From an uncultured virus (IMG/VR IMGVR_UViG_3300033074_000747) (Duplodnaviria > Heunggongvirae > Uroviricota > Caudoviricetes), in the IMG/VR virus record IMGVR_UViG_3300033074_000747: a stretch of 64,000 nucleotides of DNA; one strand, given 5' to 3'. Positions 28,343-38,160 of this stretch are shown here, piece after piece (within the stretch, counting starts at the first letter, position 1; each line of letters opens with the position of its first letter). The notes below the pieces were generated by a model. The model was not told the origin of the DNA, made no database searches, and saw only the letters and a list, made by a program, of their open reading frames with translations. Both the position numbers and the translations under genes were made by a program.

Positions 28343-28492
28343 CGGCAGACCGGGTGTGGAGTGGCTGGCTGGGAATAGACCCACCACCGAATCGGGGGAG
28401 ACGGTGGCGGACCAGGTTGGAGAACCGTATACGCGGATAATTATATACTACCCCGCTCGAAGAAAGCTAGGGTAATTATTTTTCCTCAAATC

Positions 28493-28999
28493 TCAGGCCA
28501 GTGGATTCTCCATCTTGGCTTGTCTGGCCCTGCCCCGCAGCCGGGCGAGCGCCCCCTCTACGTCGGCCTCCATCTGCCTCCAGGTCAGACCTCTCTCCCT
28601 CGCCATCACCGCGTTGGGCACGCCGAGCAGGTATCTCCTCTCCAGGATCTCAGCGTCATGCGGATCGAGCAGGCCGAGCAGCTGGGAGCATGCAGCGTGG
28701 TAGTGCGGGTCCGGATCGTCTCTGGATCCTGGCTCGCCCGCGATCGGCTGCGACCGAGGAGCCCGGTTCACGCTCCGGGCATACTGGCTCAGAGCCCCTC
28801 GTATTCGCCAGACCAGGTGGGTGCTGAGGGAGATGTGGTCAGGCTTGGGCATGTTCAGTGCCCGCCACAGGGCCACCAAGCCCACCGCCTCCAGGTCGTC
28901 CAGGTAGTTGACCCATCGGTGGTCGTGGGCGTAACGACCCACCACCTTCCTCACCAGACCCCGATGAGCCAGTATGAGCCTGTCCTCGTCGGTGAGCAT
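28493..28999 (-). CDS. Sigma70-family sigma factor (regions 2 and 4)
   Basis: GLVRKVVGRY...DDLEAVGLVALWRA...WRIRGAL; LDPHDAEILERRY plus HTH. Confidence 0.7.
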   Translation of the reverse strand: MLTDEDRLILAHRGLVRKVVGRYAHDHRWVNYLDDLEAVGLVALWRALNMPKPDHISLSTHLVWRIRGALSQYARSVNRAPRSQPIAGEPGSRDDPDPHYHAACSQLLGLLDPHDAEILERRYLLGVPNAVMARERGLTWRQMEADVEGALARLRGRARQAKMENPLA

Positions 29000-29615
29000 C
29001 CTTGAACCCTCGCTACTCTGGTGAGGTCCTTTATAGCCTAACTAATACCTTATAAGTAGCTTATTATACCGGATCTGCTCCCTGGAACGCGCCCCCTCGC
29101 CTATCCATCCCCCCACTTCTGGCCCCGCCCTGTCCGGGCCGACACAGGTATCGAGGCCAGTGATGGTGGTCGCGGACAGGGCGGCGACTACCTTGCTTCG
29201 ATACCTGCCAGTGGTACGGTGGTAGTATGAGTATGGGTCAGACGCAGGGCTACTGCTCGGCTACGAGTGCTGGCTCCGTCTCCAGCTCGCCGGTTCGCTG
29301 CAAGGTGTCCTGCCCGTCAACCTGCGTCGGTTCACCCCGAAGAATACTGCTTTCCCAAGACTCCGGATCAAGTCCGGGCCTCCCGAACCACTCCAGTCCA
29401 ACCCCGCCCCACGCATGGAACGCAGCCGATCTGGCCTGGTGCAGCTCTCCACCGGCAACGGAACGGATCTCGGCTGGTCGCCTTCCCCTCATCGACTCCC
29501 GGTCATCCTCACTGAGACCACCAGGTCGGTCGAGCTGTCGGGGCGTCGGAGGCTCGCTGCCAGTTGCGTCCTCCATCCGCTGGCCGGGGTTTAATCCGCA
29601 CGGCCGATAACGGGT

Positions 29616-29645
29616 AGTATACCCTACTTTCCGGGGAAAAGTAAA
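29616..29645 (-). promoter_or_regulatory. Sigma70-like promoter TTTACT-N18-TATACT
   Basis: Intergenic, just downstream of the terminase stop. Confidence 0.5.
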
Positions 29646-29658
29646 GGGGTAATGAGGT

Positions 29659-30570
29659 CTAGTACGCCTTGGCCTTGCGGCGGCGAGACACGCGGGTCAT
29701 CAGGTGGTAGGCGATCACCAGGGCGTCGGCCTCGTCCGGGCTCATTCCCAGCAGGTCGGTCAGGCTGGGGGTCTTCTTGCCGTGGCTCTTGGTCACGCTC
29801 CTCTTAGGCAGCATATACATCACGTTCTCGGCGTCTCTCAGCTTGGGAATCTTGCTCAGCTGGTGCCACAGCCGAGCGTAGGCCGGACCATAGTGGGGAC
29901 CTGGTATGGCGAAGGGAACTGGATTGTGGATCGGATCCAACCGCTTGGCCAGCTCACCGTACATCAGGGCTCGCAGGTTCTTGTACTCCTGCTTTTTCTC
30001 GGCGTCCTCCTTGCGCTGGGCCACCGTCCTCTGACCCTGCCTGATCTCGGGCTTCACCGAGTCACCGAAGAAGATCGCCTGGACCTCCTTGCATCCGGGA
30101 AGCAGCCTGATATTGTCGACGTGCTGCTGGCCGCCCCCTCCCTTGTCGTAGCCCACCTTATTCCCAGGGATGGAGTAGCGGCTCATCAGCTCCAGGGTCT
30201 TGGGGTTGATCTTGGCCGTGTCGGGGGTCTTCTCCCCGATCACCTCGATGATGCCGTCCCAGTCGATCGGAACCCAGGCCGAGTTGTCGCCGCCCTCGGC
30301 ACTGTCAACCCCAAGAGCAGCCCCCTTCCTGCCCGTACTCTTGATCTTCTCGAACTGCTCGGCGCAGAGCTTCAGGGACGACTCGGGATACAGGAGCAGC
30401 TGAGGCCCCTTGTAGAACTCAGCATCAAGGCCGACCGTCTGCCTTTGGATGTCCCATGTCCGTCGCCTCTCCTCATACTCCTCCAGGGTCAGCACTCCGG
30501 GGAATACCCTTCGCCCCGCCCGGACGTTTGGGCTGTCGGCGGCCGCGATCTTGATCACCTTGCGGATCAC
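29659..30570 (-). CDS. terL: Terminase large subunit, C-terminal nuclease part
   Basis: LGVDSAEGGDNSA, GYDKGGGG, YKNLRALMY and SPDEADALV RNase H-like motifs. Confidence 0.8.
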   Translation of the reverse strand: MIRKVIKIAAADSPNVRAGRRVFPGVLTLEEYEERRRTWDIQRQTVGLDAEFYKGPQLLLYPESSLKLCAEQFEKIKSTGRKGAALGVDSAEGGDNSAWVPIDWDGIIEVIGEKTPDTAKINPKTLELMSRYSIPGNKVGYDKGGGGQQHVDNIRLLPGCKEVQAIFFGDSVKPEIRQGQRTVAQRKEDAEKKQEYKNLRALMYGELAKRLDPIHNPVPFAIPGPHYGPAYARLWHQLSKIPKLRDAENVMYMLPKRSVTKSHGKKTPSLTDLLGMSPDEADALVIAYHLMTRVSRRRKAKAY

Positions 30571-31277
30571 TCTATGTCCCCCTCCTCCACCATCTTGCGA
30601 AAAAAGTTCTCTGTGTCGTTTGGATTTCCGAAGATGAGGAACTTCTTGGCCCAGCCCTGGGCGAACTCGTAGATGGCATCCTGAGATCCTGACGCCTCGT
30701 CGATCACCATCAGGTTGTAGGCCGCGTGTGCTCCAGAGATGCCCTCACCCGTGCTGCTCACCCGACCGATCAGGTAGTTCAGCGGCTCCTTGCCCTCGCT
30801 CCTCTCAGCCGCCAGCGATATGTCCATCTGGTTCAGCACCAGCGGGCCGCCCTGGCTCTGGAGCAGTGGGACCTTGCTACCCAACATAAATCGGCTGATC
30901 TCACCCCAGAGGTTGCGGAGCTGGTTGCCATCGACCGAGGTGGTCACGATCCGGCGAGTATGGATCTGCCATTCGGGTTGGTCAGGACTCGTCCGGTCGC
31001 TCTCCACCTCCAGGAAGTACCTCCTGGGAAAGAACAGCCAGGGAGCAAGAAAGAACAGGACACAGATGTAGCCAGCCGTGTAGTCCTTTCCCAGCTTGTT
31101 CCCGGCGGTGACCACCGTCTCCTTGTTCAGGGCTACCGACTCGATCATCATCTGCTGCTTGTCGTAGAACCGAGCACCTGGCCAGTACATCTTACCCAGA
31201 GCTAGGATCTGTCTCAGCTCGCGGCTCTTGGGGTTCAGCTCGAAGCTCAGGGGATTGATCGAGATTGAGTTGTTCAT
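30567..31277 (-). CDS. terL: Terminase large subunit, N-terminal ATPase part
   Basis: AGNKLGKD Walker A, LMVIDEA Walker B and FGNP coupling motif. Confidence 0.8.
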   Translation of the reverse strand: MNNSISINPLSFELNPKSRELRQILALGKMYWPGARFYDKQQMMIESVALNKETVVTAGNKLGKDYTAGYICVLFFLAPWLFFPRRYFLEVESDRTSPDQPEWQIHTRRIVTTSVDGNQLRNLWGEISRFMLGSKVPLLQSQGGPLVLNQMDISLAAERSEGKEPLNYLIGRVSSTGEGISGAHAAYNLMVIDEASGSQDAIYEFAQGWAKKFLIFGNPNDTENFFRKMVEEGDIE

Positions 31278-31764
31278 CCTGCTCCTCGATCATTCGCTTG
31301 TAGAGTTGGTAAGGGTCAATGACCATGACTTGATTGACGTTCACCTCGGTGCCACCCTTGGCCTTTCCCGCAGCCTCCGGGTTGTCCCTCTCGTACTGCA
31401 TCTTGTCGGCCTGGAACAGCGCCTTGGCGTTCTGAGCCAGGAGGTATCGGTCAGGTGGTTTCTTCACCTGATTACCATCCTTGTCGACCACGATGTCATT
31501 CTCCAGGAACGGCTCGATGAGCCGGTCGATCACGATCGGCTTCTTGTCCTCTGGAACCTCCCAGCCATTCCTTATCGCCTCGCGGTCGAGAGAGGGAATC
31601 CGCGCCTCATCCTGCGTCGAGGGGTCTACGACCTCCGACTTCACCGCTCCCTCTGGCGTGGTCTCGATGACGTTGTGCAGCTGCGCATCCTCACGCGCCT
31701 TGCTGTACTTCTCCTTCAGCTTTTGCTTCCGGTTCCGATTCTTGCCTGTCGGATTCTTCGCCAT
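31192..31764 (-). CDS. Probable terminase small subunit
   Basis: Immediately upstream of terL; size and charge are consistent. Confidence 0.5.
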   Translation of the reverse strand: MAKNPTGKNRNRKQKLKEKYSKAREDAQLHNVIETTPEGAVKSEVVDPSTQDEARIPSLDREAIRNGWEVPEDKKPIVIDRLIEPFLENDIVVDKDGNQVKKPPDRYLLAQNAKALFQADKMQYERDNPEAAGKAKGGTEVNVNQVMVIDPYQLYKRMIEEQDEQLNLDQSPELRAEPQEPRAETDPSSG

Positions 31765-31821
31765 TCGAGCACCCCCGCCGAGCTACGGCCGGACATCTTC
31801 GGGGCGCGAAAACTATCGGCT

Positions 31822-31850
31822 ACTATACCTGCGCGCCCTCGCCAGGTAAA
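31822..31850 (-). promoter_or_regulatory. Sigma70-like promoter TTTACC-N17-TATAGT for the packaging genes
   Basis: Intergenic, upstream of the terS candidate. Confidence 0.55.
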
Positions 31851-31894
31851 GGCCGAGATTACATACTACACCTAACCCGTTGTCCGGCAACTAC

Positions 31895-32248
31895 TTAGAG
31901 AATCGTGGCCAGGTCGAAGTTCCAGTGCTGCTCGTTGATCAGGTAGTAGACCACCTCCCGCTCCTCCTCGATCAGGCCCCACTCCAGTGCCATCTTCACC
32001 CCTGCGTCCGTTCCCGTCAGCTCGCAGAATGGTCCGAATGGAACGGCAAGCTGGTCCCTCGATACCGCCCCCTCCAGTCCAGCCACGTGGTATCTTCCGG
32101 TGGGCCGGTCCTTCTCCATCGCACTGTCGGGCCGTATCTCGATCCCCGACAGCCTGTCGATCGGGCTGATCTGTGGAGGGGTCTCGACCAGGGACCTCCG
32201 CAGCAATTCAATATTATCCGGATGAGTTACCAGCATCTTATTGAACAT
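31895..32248 (-). CDS. Hypothetical protein
   Basis: GAGG RBS; co-oriented with neighbours. Confidence 0.45.
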   Translation of the reverse strand: MFNKMLVTHPDNIELLRRSLVETPPQISPIDRLSGIEIRPDSAMEKDRPTGRYHVAGLEGAVSRDQLAVPFGPFCELTGTDAGVKMALEWGLIEEEREVVYYLINEQHWNFDLATIL

Positions 32249-32259
32249 GGTGCTACCTC

Positions 32260-32466
32260 TTACTTCACTGGGGTATCCCTCGCCCTATCAACCTCAGCTC
32301 TTACCCGATCAGTGCTCAGCTTTATGAGTTCGGTCATCTGCTTCTCGGTCACAAGACCGTGCGCTACCAGCACAGACTGGATGGCCACCAACGACCCAAG
32401 CATGTTGATCGTAATATCCCGAGTATCGTCGGCCAGCATACTAATAGCAGTTCTATCGAACATCAT
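32260..32466 (-). CDS. Hypothetical protein
   Basis: Coupled to the dcd stop. Confidence 0.4.
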   Translation of the reverse strand: MMFDRTAISMLADDTRDITINMLGSLVAIQSVLVAHGLVTEKQMTELIKLSTDRVRAEVDRARDTPVK

Positions 32467-33059
32467 TTCACCCCCTCGTAGAAGCGACTGGCTGTGGGAC
32501 CGGTCTGGTCTTGATAGCGGCCGTCGTAAGGTTCAATTTTCCCCTCTACCGTCTCGAAGGACACCTGACATATCTTCATCCCAGGGTAGATCCGCACCGG
32601 CTGGACTACGTCAATCTCCAACGTCCATTGGCCTCGGAATCCCACGTCACCCTTACCAGCTGTGGCGTGGACCCGGATGCCCAGTCGCCCTACGCTGCTC
32701 CGGCCGTCGATGACTGGGACATGGTAGGGCGTGTCGGTATACTCAATCGTCGACCCCAGGTAGATGATCCCAGGGTAAAGAACAATTCCGTCGCTTGGAA
32801 TAGTAATTGCATAGGTTGGGTTGTCTGACTCTGGGTCCAGTGGTCGTACGAGTCTTTCGGTCAATCCATCGAATGAATTGAGCTTTTTCTCGAACGACAC
32901 ATAGGTCAGCAGATTGCTACTCAGCCGGAGATCTACGCTGTTCGGCCCCATCTGGCCGCCCTCCTCGGTAGGCCGCCAGTCGATGGTCTCGTTCGGCTCC
33001 ATCCGAATGCGGCCAGCGGCCAGTTCCTCGGTGATCTTACTTCGGGTCAGTATCGCCAT
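32463..33059 (-). CDS. dcd: dCTP deaminase
   Basis: PNSVDLRL, GRSSVGRLG, DVGFRGQWTLEI, ICQVSF and YDGRYQDQ. Confidence 0.9.
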   Translation of the reverse strand: MAILTRSKITEELAAGRIRMEPNETIDWRPTEEGGQMGPNSVDLRLSSNLLTYVSFEKKLNSFDGLTERLVRPLDPESDNPTYAITIPSDGIVLYPGIIYLGSTIEYTDTPYHVPVIDGRSSVGRLGIRVHATAGKGDVGFRGQWTLEIDVVQPVRIYPGMKICQVSFETVEGKIEPYDGRYQDQTGPTASRFYEGVK

Positions 33060-34869
33060 TGGGTCTCCGATTGCGCAGCGGGCCGAATGGGTCCGCTACT
33101 GGTCGCTTCTTGGTAGGGGGTGATACCAGGGGCTTTCGCTCCGGTCGCGGAATCAGTTGTGCCGTGGTTCCTCGATCCATCAGCGCTCCCTCGATGCGGG
33201 GGATGGCGTTATAGTCCAGGTAGTCCTTGCTCAGATCGATACCCACGCAGTGCCGCCCCAGGTCGATGCAGACCTCCACCGTGGTTCCCGATCCGAGGAA
33301 GGGATCGAGGACCACGCAGGGCCGAACGGGATGCTCATCCAGGGGTAGGTCGCTGACGTACTCTACGACTGTAGTATCTGATTCTTCATAGCCGAGGGGA
33401 GCACGCAGCGTACTCCCTTCCCGACTATTAACTGTCTCAGCTTTTTTCTCGTGAGTTCCCAGCCCAGTAATAGCAACGAGCTTGGTTGTTTTGATTTTCT
33501 CCAGGCGGCCGTTACACTCGCACCCAGGTCGCCACCCCAGCGTCGTTGAGTCTACTAAAAACCTCTTCAGCTTGGTTTCGTTATCATGGAGTCCTGTACC
33601 AATGTACTTGGATTCTAGCCCTGGCCTCGTAGCATATCGGTGTTCCTCCGTCACCCTCACCCACGGGGTCCCGCAGTCGGCACAGCATCCGTGCTCGCTG
33701 GTCCCCGCCTTGATCATCGGCTCGATCAGCTTCGGCGGGTAGGTGGCGAAGTGAGCGCCAGGGTATCCTTGCGATGAGACGCGCCAAACGTCGCTGCGTT
33801 CGCCGATTGACTCCAGGTAATCCTCCAGCATCGCCGGGTCGCGCTCGCCTAGCCAGTCCAGCAGGGCGCGGTGGTCGTCTACGGACCAGACGGAGCGCTT
33901 GTTGGCACCAGAACTGGGGATAACAGGTTTCCCACCACGCTCACTAAACCCATCATTCCTTTTGTGGATACCTGTAGGCGATAGGTTGCCACCGTTTGTT
34001 TCCGGGTTCCACGTCCTTATGTAACTTTCCTTCACCGCCTCCGCATCGTAGTAGTACCCCTGCCGCTTGGCGAACAGGAACACGTACTCATGGGCCTTCG
34101 TGCAGCGGTTCTTGGCGCTCTCGGGCATCGGCGAAGGCTTCGCCCAGATGATGTCCTGGCGTAGAATCCAGCCGTCCGCCTGGAGTGCCAGCGCTACGCG
34201 CCAGGGGATGCCAACGAGGTTGCCGGAGGGTAGACCAGATTTAGCACCAGTAGACCTATCATACGCATCTTTAAGAGCGTTATGCTTTGGACTTGGTTTT
34301 ATTACATCATTAAGCCCTATGGTATTTCCGCCACCGCCGTATGAGTCCCCCAAGTTCAGCCACAGCGTGCCGTCGTCCCGCAGCACCCGCCGCACCTCGC
34401 GGAACACGGCCACCATGTTGCAGACGAAGCACCGGCCGCACTGGGCCTGACCCTTCGTATCGCAGTCGGGCGATGGCTCTGACCCCAGCTGCATGTCGAT
34501 ACGGCGAGCGCCGCACTTGCCGCACTGACCGTTCTTCCACGGTTCCCGCTCGTGGTTTTGGTTCGTAGCCCGACCAGACAAGGTGCTTGTCGGGTCTTTC
34601 GGTAGGTTGGGTTTTATTCTCAGGTGATCGCACCCAGGGTCCCCGCCCTCCCACGTCCCGGTGCCGTAGTCGCGGAGGCCCCAATAGGGCGGAGAGGTGA
34701 CGCACATGTGGATTGATTCGGCGGGTAGGCGTGATAGAACGTCGATCACGTGACCCTGGTACAGCCGAACGGTCGAGCTGTCCTTGGTCTGCCAGTAGGG
34801 GTCGAGTTGGGTGATACGTCGTAAGGGCTTGGGTGGCAAGGGTTTATACCTCCAATGTAGCTGGTTCAA
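33037..34869 (-). CDS. N4/N6 DNA methyltransferase (beta class) with Cys-rich insertions
   Basis: TSPPYWGLRDY (motif IV) precedes VLDPFLGSGTT (motif I); also IIWAKP..MPES and HFATYP. Confidence 0.9.
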   Translation of the reverse strand: MNQLHWRYKPLPPKPLRRITQLDPYWQTKDSSTVRLYQGHVIDVLSRLPAESIHMCVTSPPYWGLRDYGTGTWEGGDPGCDHLRIKPNLPKDPTSTLSGRATNQNHEREPWKNGQCGKCGARRIDMQLGSEPSPDCDTKGQAQCGRCFVCNMVAVFREVRRVLRDDGTLWLNLGDSYGGGGNTIGLNDVIKPSPKHNALKDAYDRSTGAKSGLPSGNLVGIPWRVALALQADGWILRQDIIWAKPSPMPESAKNRCTKAHEYVFLFAKRQGYYYDAEAVKESYIRTWNPETNGGNLSPTGIHKRNDGFSERGGKPVIPSSGANKRSVWSVDDHRALLDWLGERDPAMLEDYLESIGERSDVWRVSSQGYPGAHFATYPPKLIEPMIKAGTSEHGCCADCGTPWVRVTEEHRYATRPGLESKYIGTGLHDNETKLKRFLVDSTTLGWRPGCECNGRLEKIKTTKLVAITGLGTHEKKAETVNSREGSTLRAPLGYEESDTTVVEYVSDLPLDEHPVRPCVVLDPFLGSGTTVEVCIDLGRHCVGIDLSKDYLDYNAIPRIEGALMDRGTTAQLIPRPERKPLVSPPTKKRPVADPFGPLRNRRPNGDTDPK

Positions 34870-34870
34870 G

Positions 34871-35458
34871 TTACATGCTGGCCGTCATCTCGCCGCCGCA
34901 CCCGCAAGTCGGCAGCCCGGACTCCTCGATCCACTTGAAGCTGATCGTCACCTTGCACCCGCACTCGACGCACTCCAGTGACGTGGTGGATGGTGGCTTC
35001 ACCGTCAGCTTGCCGACCGGGAGCAGGGCGGCGTGAGGGTAGGGACCGAGCTTGCTGATCATTCCCTCCAGCAGGCCGTTCAGGTAGTCGCCGGGCATCA
35101 CACTCTTCGGCTTGCCCTTCGTCAGTCCCACGTCGCGGCAGACGATCAGGAACATCCCCTTGTGCTGGGCGGCGATCCCGGCGGCCACGTGGGCGGTCTC
35201 GTGGCATAGCGTGCCCGCCACGTCGAGGGGCTGGTCCAGGGTCGGGCTGATGAAAATCTCGTGGTGACCGCCCTTGGACGACTCCAGGGCGTGGCACTCC
35301 CCGACCACCCGGCTCCGGCTCCCCAGGCCGCCCTTGCAGGGCCAGCCGCAGGTCACCCGGTAGGGCTTCAGGGCGAACTTCTTGAACAGAGGTTGGACCA
35401 TCTGCCCAAGCTCGGTCAGCCAGGCCTCTCGGTTCTTGTCGGTTTTGGGATTGACCAT
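34871..35458 (-). CDS. SprT-like zinc metalloprotease with a C-terminal Zn ribbon
   Basis: TLCHETAH...HKGMF; CVECG...CGCG. Confidence 0.7.
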   Translation of the reverse strand: MVNPKTDKNREAWLTELGQMVQPLFKKFALKPYRVTCGWPCKGGLGSRSRVVGECHALESSKGGHHEIFISPTLDQPLDVAGTLCHETAHVAAGIAAQHKGMFLIVCRDVGLTKGKPKSVMPGDYLNGLLEGMISKLGPYPHAALLPVGKLTVKPPSTTSLECVECGCKVTISFKWIEESGLPTCGCGGEMTASM

Positions 35459-35829
35459 TAGACTTCCAGCCTGTTATAAATCAACTTATCTCTGAATTCC
35501 TCAGCTAGCCACTTGATGTCAGAATTGGATAACTTAAACCACTCTGACGTCTTACCACGGTTACACACCATTTTAGTACGAAATTTCTTGTGTAGAATTG
35601 TTTCTGTATGATGGGCATCATCTAGGGTGGGAAACTTGATTACCATCACCTCATCCACAAACGCGCTAAACCTGGGTACATTGGCGATAACGGCATATTG
35701 CTGTCGGGCGTAAGCCCTGCGATTTCTCAGTTTCCATGTATACCCTATCTTATAAATCATTGGACCAGGAGTGTCCCCTATAGGGGCCATAAGATACACA
35801 AGTCCAGCCACCTTAGTATCGTTGCTCAT
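35458..35829 (-). CDS. GIY-YIG / T5orf172-like nuclease
   Basis: VYLM...YKIGYT...ETILHKKF...SEWFKL; AT-rich relative to its neighbours. Confidence 0.7.
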   Translation of the reverse strand: MSNDTKVAGLVYLMAPIGDTPGPMIYKIGYTWKLRNRRAYARQQYAVIANVPRFSAFVDEVMVIKFPTLDDAHHTETILHKKFRTKMVCNRGKTSEWFKLSNSDIKWLAEEFRDKLIYNRLEV

Positions 35830-35841
35830 ACTTACTCCTCG

Positions 35842-38160
35842 CTACGTTGGACGGTCGATCACCACATTATAGTATAACCTGGCCATCGCCTCGGTCAGCC
35901 GCCACACCGGTCGGGGCGGGCCGTCGGCCGTCCTCGGTGGCGTCGTCTTCTCCACCACCTTCAGCTTGCTCATAAACCGGAGCAGGGCGCGGATCTTGTC
36001 GTCTGTTTCGTTCAGCAGCGTGGCTAGCACACGAGGATCTACCCCTGCCTGGCCCTTCCCCATCGACTCATAGATGATCCGCACGATCTCCTGGGTATGG
36101 CCTCGTGCTGTGTCCAGGGCCACCGAGCGGGTGAGGGCGATCACCATGTCATCGACCTCCGGCTTGTTGAACACGACGGCCAGGCACTTCGCCAGCCGGA
36201 CGTGCTGAGAGATGAGGCGAAACGACATCTCGCGCTCCACCTTCTCGTGCTGCCGGGTCGACGGCCGGGCACGCATCAGGGCGACGAACTTGGCGAACCG
36301 TTGGCAGGAGCGGAGGTGCCGCTCGGGGAACTGCACCTGCTCCAGCAGCTCCATCGCGTTGTCACGCAGATAGTTAAGGTAGCCGCCCGTCATCCGCTTG
36401 GCCTCCACCATTCCGGGGCCGTCCCGACTCTCCATCTTGCCGTCCGATCGGTAGGCCATCTCCGCGTCGGCCCGGTTGGCCACTCGCCAGCCGATCTCGT
36501 CCTCCAGCTCGTCGTCGATCTCGTCTACGATCACGCAGTCGAGGAACCGCTCGCCCAGCTCGCTCTGGTCGATGGAGCGGAGGGACGAGGTGCCGCACAG
36601 CAGCCAGGTCATGCTGATCCCCTCGTAGTCCTTGCTGGCCTTGTTGCGGTAGTGGGTCCGGCTCACCCGGTCGTACACGTCGCGGGCCTCGGAGAGGATC
36701 TGGCTCAGGTTGGGCGACTGGAGCAGCGTATCACCGTCCTTGGTCACCAGCGTCTTGTTCTTCAAGCTGGAGAGCAGGCTGTTGTCCTCGTCCTCGTCGC
36801 GGGTCAGGCGGAATCCCGAGTGGAATCCCCGGATGGTGGACTTGGCCAGGACGTACTTCTTGTTGACGCTGAGGGCCTCGCACAGCGTACTCTTGCCGCA
36901 GGCCGGTGGACCGATCACCTTGATCCAGAGCTGGTCACCCACCGCCTCGGTGCTGACACAGACGGCCAGCATCACGGCCAGCGCCTTGTCCAGCCCGTCG
37001 ATCCACTTCAGACCACTCTTGCGCCAGGTGAGCTGGAGACTCTTCCACTCCGTACACTCGGCGCAATCCACCGTCACCGAGCCGCGCTTCGCCCCCGCCG
37101 ATGACCAGCCGGAGGGGATCGGCTCGATCCTTGATAGTAGCTGGCGAAGGCGATCGGGCCTGCCCCCCTTCGTCCCGTCACCCTCGCGCAGCCAGTCTCT
37201 CAGATCGTATCCCGTCGCCAGCGACGGGTCGTAGCCGTCCGGCCCCCACTTCAGGTAGCTGACCGAGGTCGGCTGGTCCTCGAACTTGGCCATCACCCGG
37301 CAGGCCCGCTTCGTTCCCTCTAACCCCGAGGGCGGCTGCTCCGGGGGCTTCAACGGGACCGCGCAGGTGGGGCACTCCTCGTAGGTGATCTTCGACCACG
37401 ACTTGGTGCACTTGGGGCATTTCAACCGAGGATGGTCGCTGTCGTAGAGGATCACCACATCGCGGCCGCCGATCAGCTGGCCCCACTGCTCCATGAACAC
37501 GTTGGCACCCGGAGCAGCGATCACCGAGGCATCGGCGAGCAGGCTGGTCCCCCGAGCGCTCGCCATCGCCATCCACTCCGATCCGTCCGGCCGAACGGCC
37601 CTGCGGCATCCCAGCATGACCTCGTGCAGGGCCATAGCGTCCCACGGCCCTTCGCAGATGTAGACCGTGCGGCAAGCCTTGTCGAAGAGAGGGACCCCGA
37701 ACAGGTAGTGACCCAGGCCCGAGGTAGCCATCAGCGTGCTCTTGGACCGGCCCGGCAGTCTTTCCCAGCGGTAGAGCTGGCATACCCGGCCCGCTGTGTT
37801 AAACCCTGGCACTATCCATTCCCCCGTGATACCTGACACGCGCACGCCCCATTTCTCCAGTGTTTCCGGGCCGAGCAGGCCACGCTCGTCTGCCAGGTGC
37901 TTCAAGGGTGTAAGATCCGACCGGCTCTCCTCCCAGACCGTCCGCACGAACACGGTAGAATTTCCAGCCCGGCTACATACCTTGCAGTCCCACAGGCCCT
38001 CGGACAGGCCGACGAAGAACTTGCCCTCAGCACCGCAGAAGGGGCACTCCGCGACCGCCTGGCTGTGTCCGATCGTCTTAAAGTCCACACCGTGCTCGAC
38101 GAATGGCTTCAGCTGGGTGGGAATCTCTTCGGCCTGCTTCCTCTTAACTGGCGTTGGCAT
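35842..38160 (-). CDS. Primase-helicase (Zn ribbon, TOPRIM, P-loop ATPase)
   Basis: CPFC...CKVC; ICEGPWDA and LYDSD; GPPACGKST. Confidence 0.8.
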   Translation of the reverse strand: MPTPVKRKQAEEIPTQLKPFVEHGVDFKTIGHSQAVAECPFCGAEGKFFVGLSEGLWDCKVCSRAGNSTVFVRTVWEESRSDLTPLKHLADERGLLGPETLEKWGVRVSGITGEWIVPGFNTAGRVCQLYRWERLPGRSKSTLMATSGLGHYLFGVPLFDKACRTVYICEGPWDAMALHEVMLGCRRAVRPDGSEWMAMASARGTSLLADASVIAAPGANVFMEQWGQLIGGRDVVILYDSDHPRLKCPKCTKSWSKITYEECPTCAVPLKPPEQPPSGLEGTKRACRVMAKFEDQPTSVSYLKWGPDGYDPSLATGYDLRDWLREGDGTKGGRPDRLRQLLSRIEPIPSGWSSAGAKRGSVTVDCAECTEWKSLQLTWRKSGLKWIDGLDKALAVMLAVCVSTEAVGDQLWIKVIGPPACGKSTLCEALSVNKKYVLAKSTIRGFHSGFRLTRDEDEDNSLLSSLKNKTLVTKDGDTLLQSPNLSQILSEARDVYDRVSRTHYRNKASKDYEGISMTWLLCGTSSLRSIDQSELGERFLDCVIVDEIDDELEDEIGWRVANRADAEMAYRSDGKMESRDGPGMVEAKRMTGGYLNYLRDNAMELLEQVQFPERHLRSCQRFAKFVALMRARPSTRQHEKVEREMSFRLISQHVRLAKCLAVVFNKPEVDDMVIALTRSVALDTARGHTQEIVRIIYESMGKGQAGVDPRVLATLLNETDDKIRALLRFMSKLKVVEKTTPPRTADGPPRPVWRLTEAMARLYYNVVIDRPT

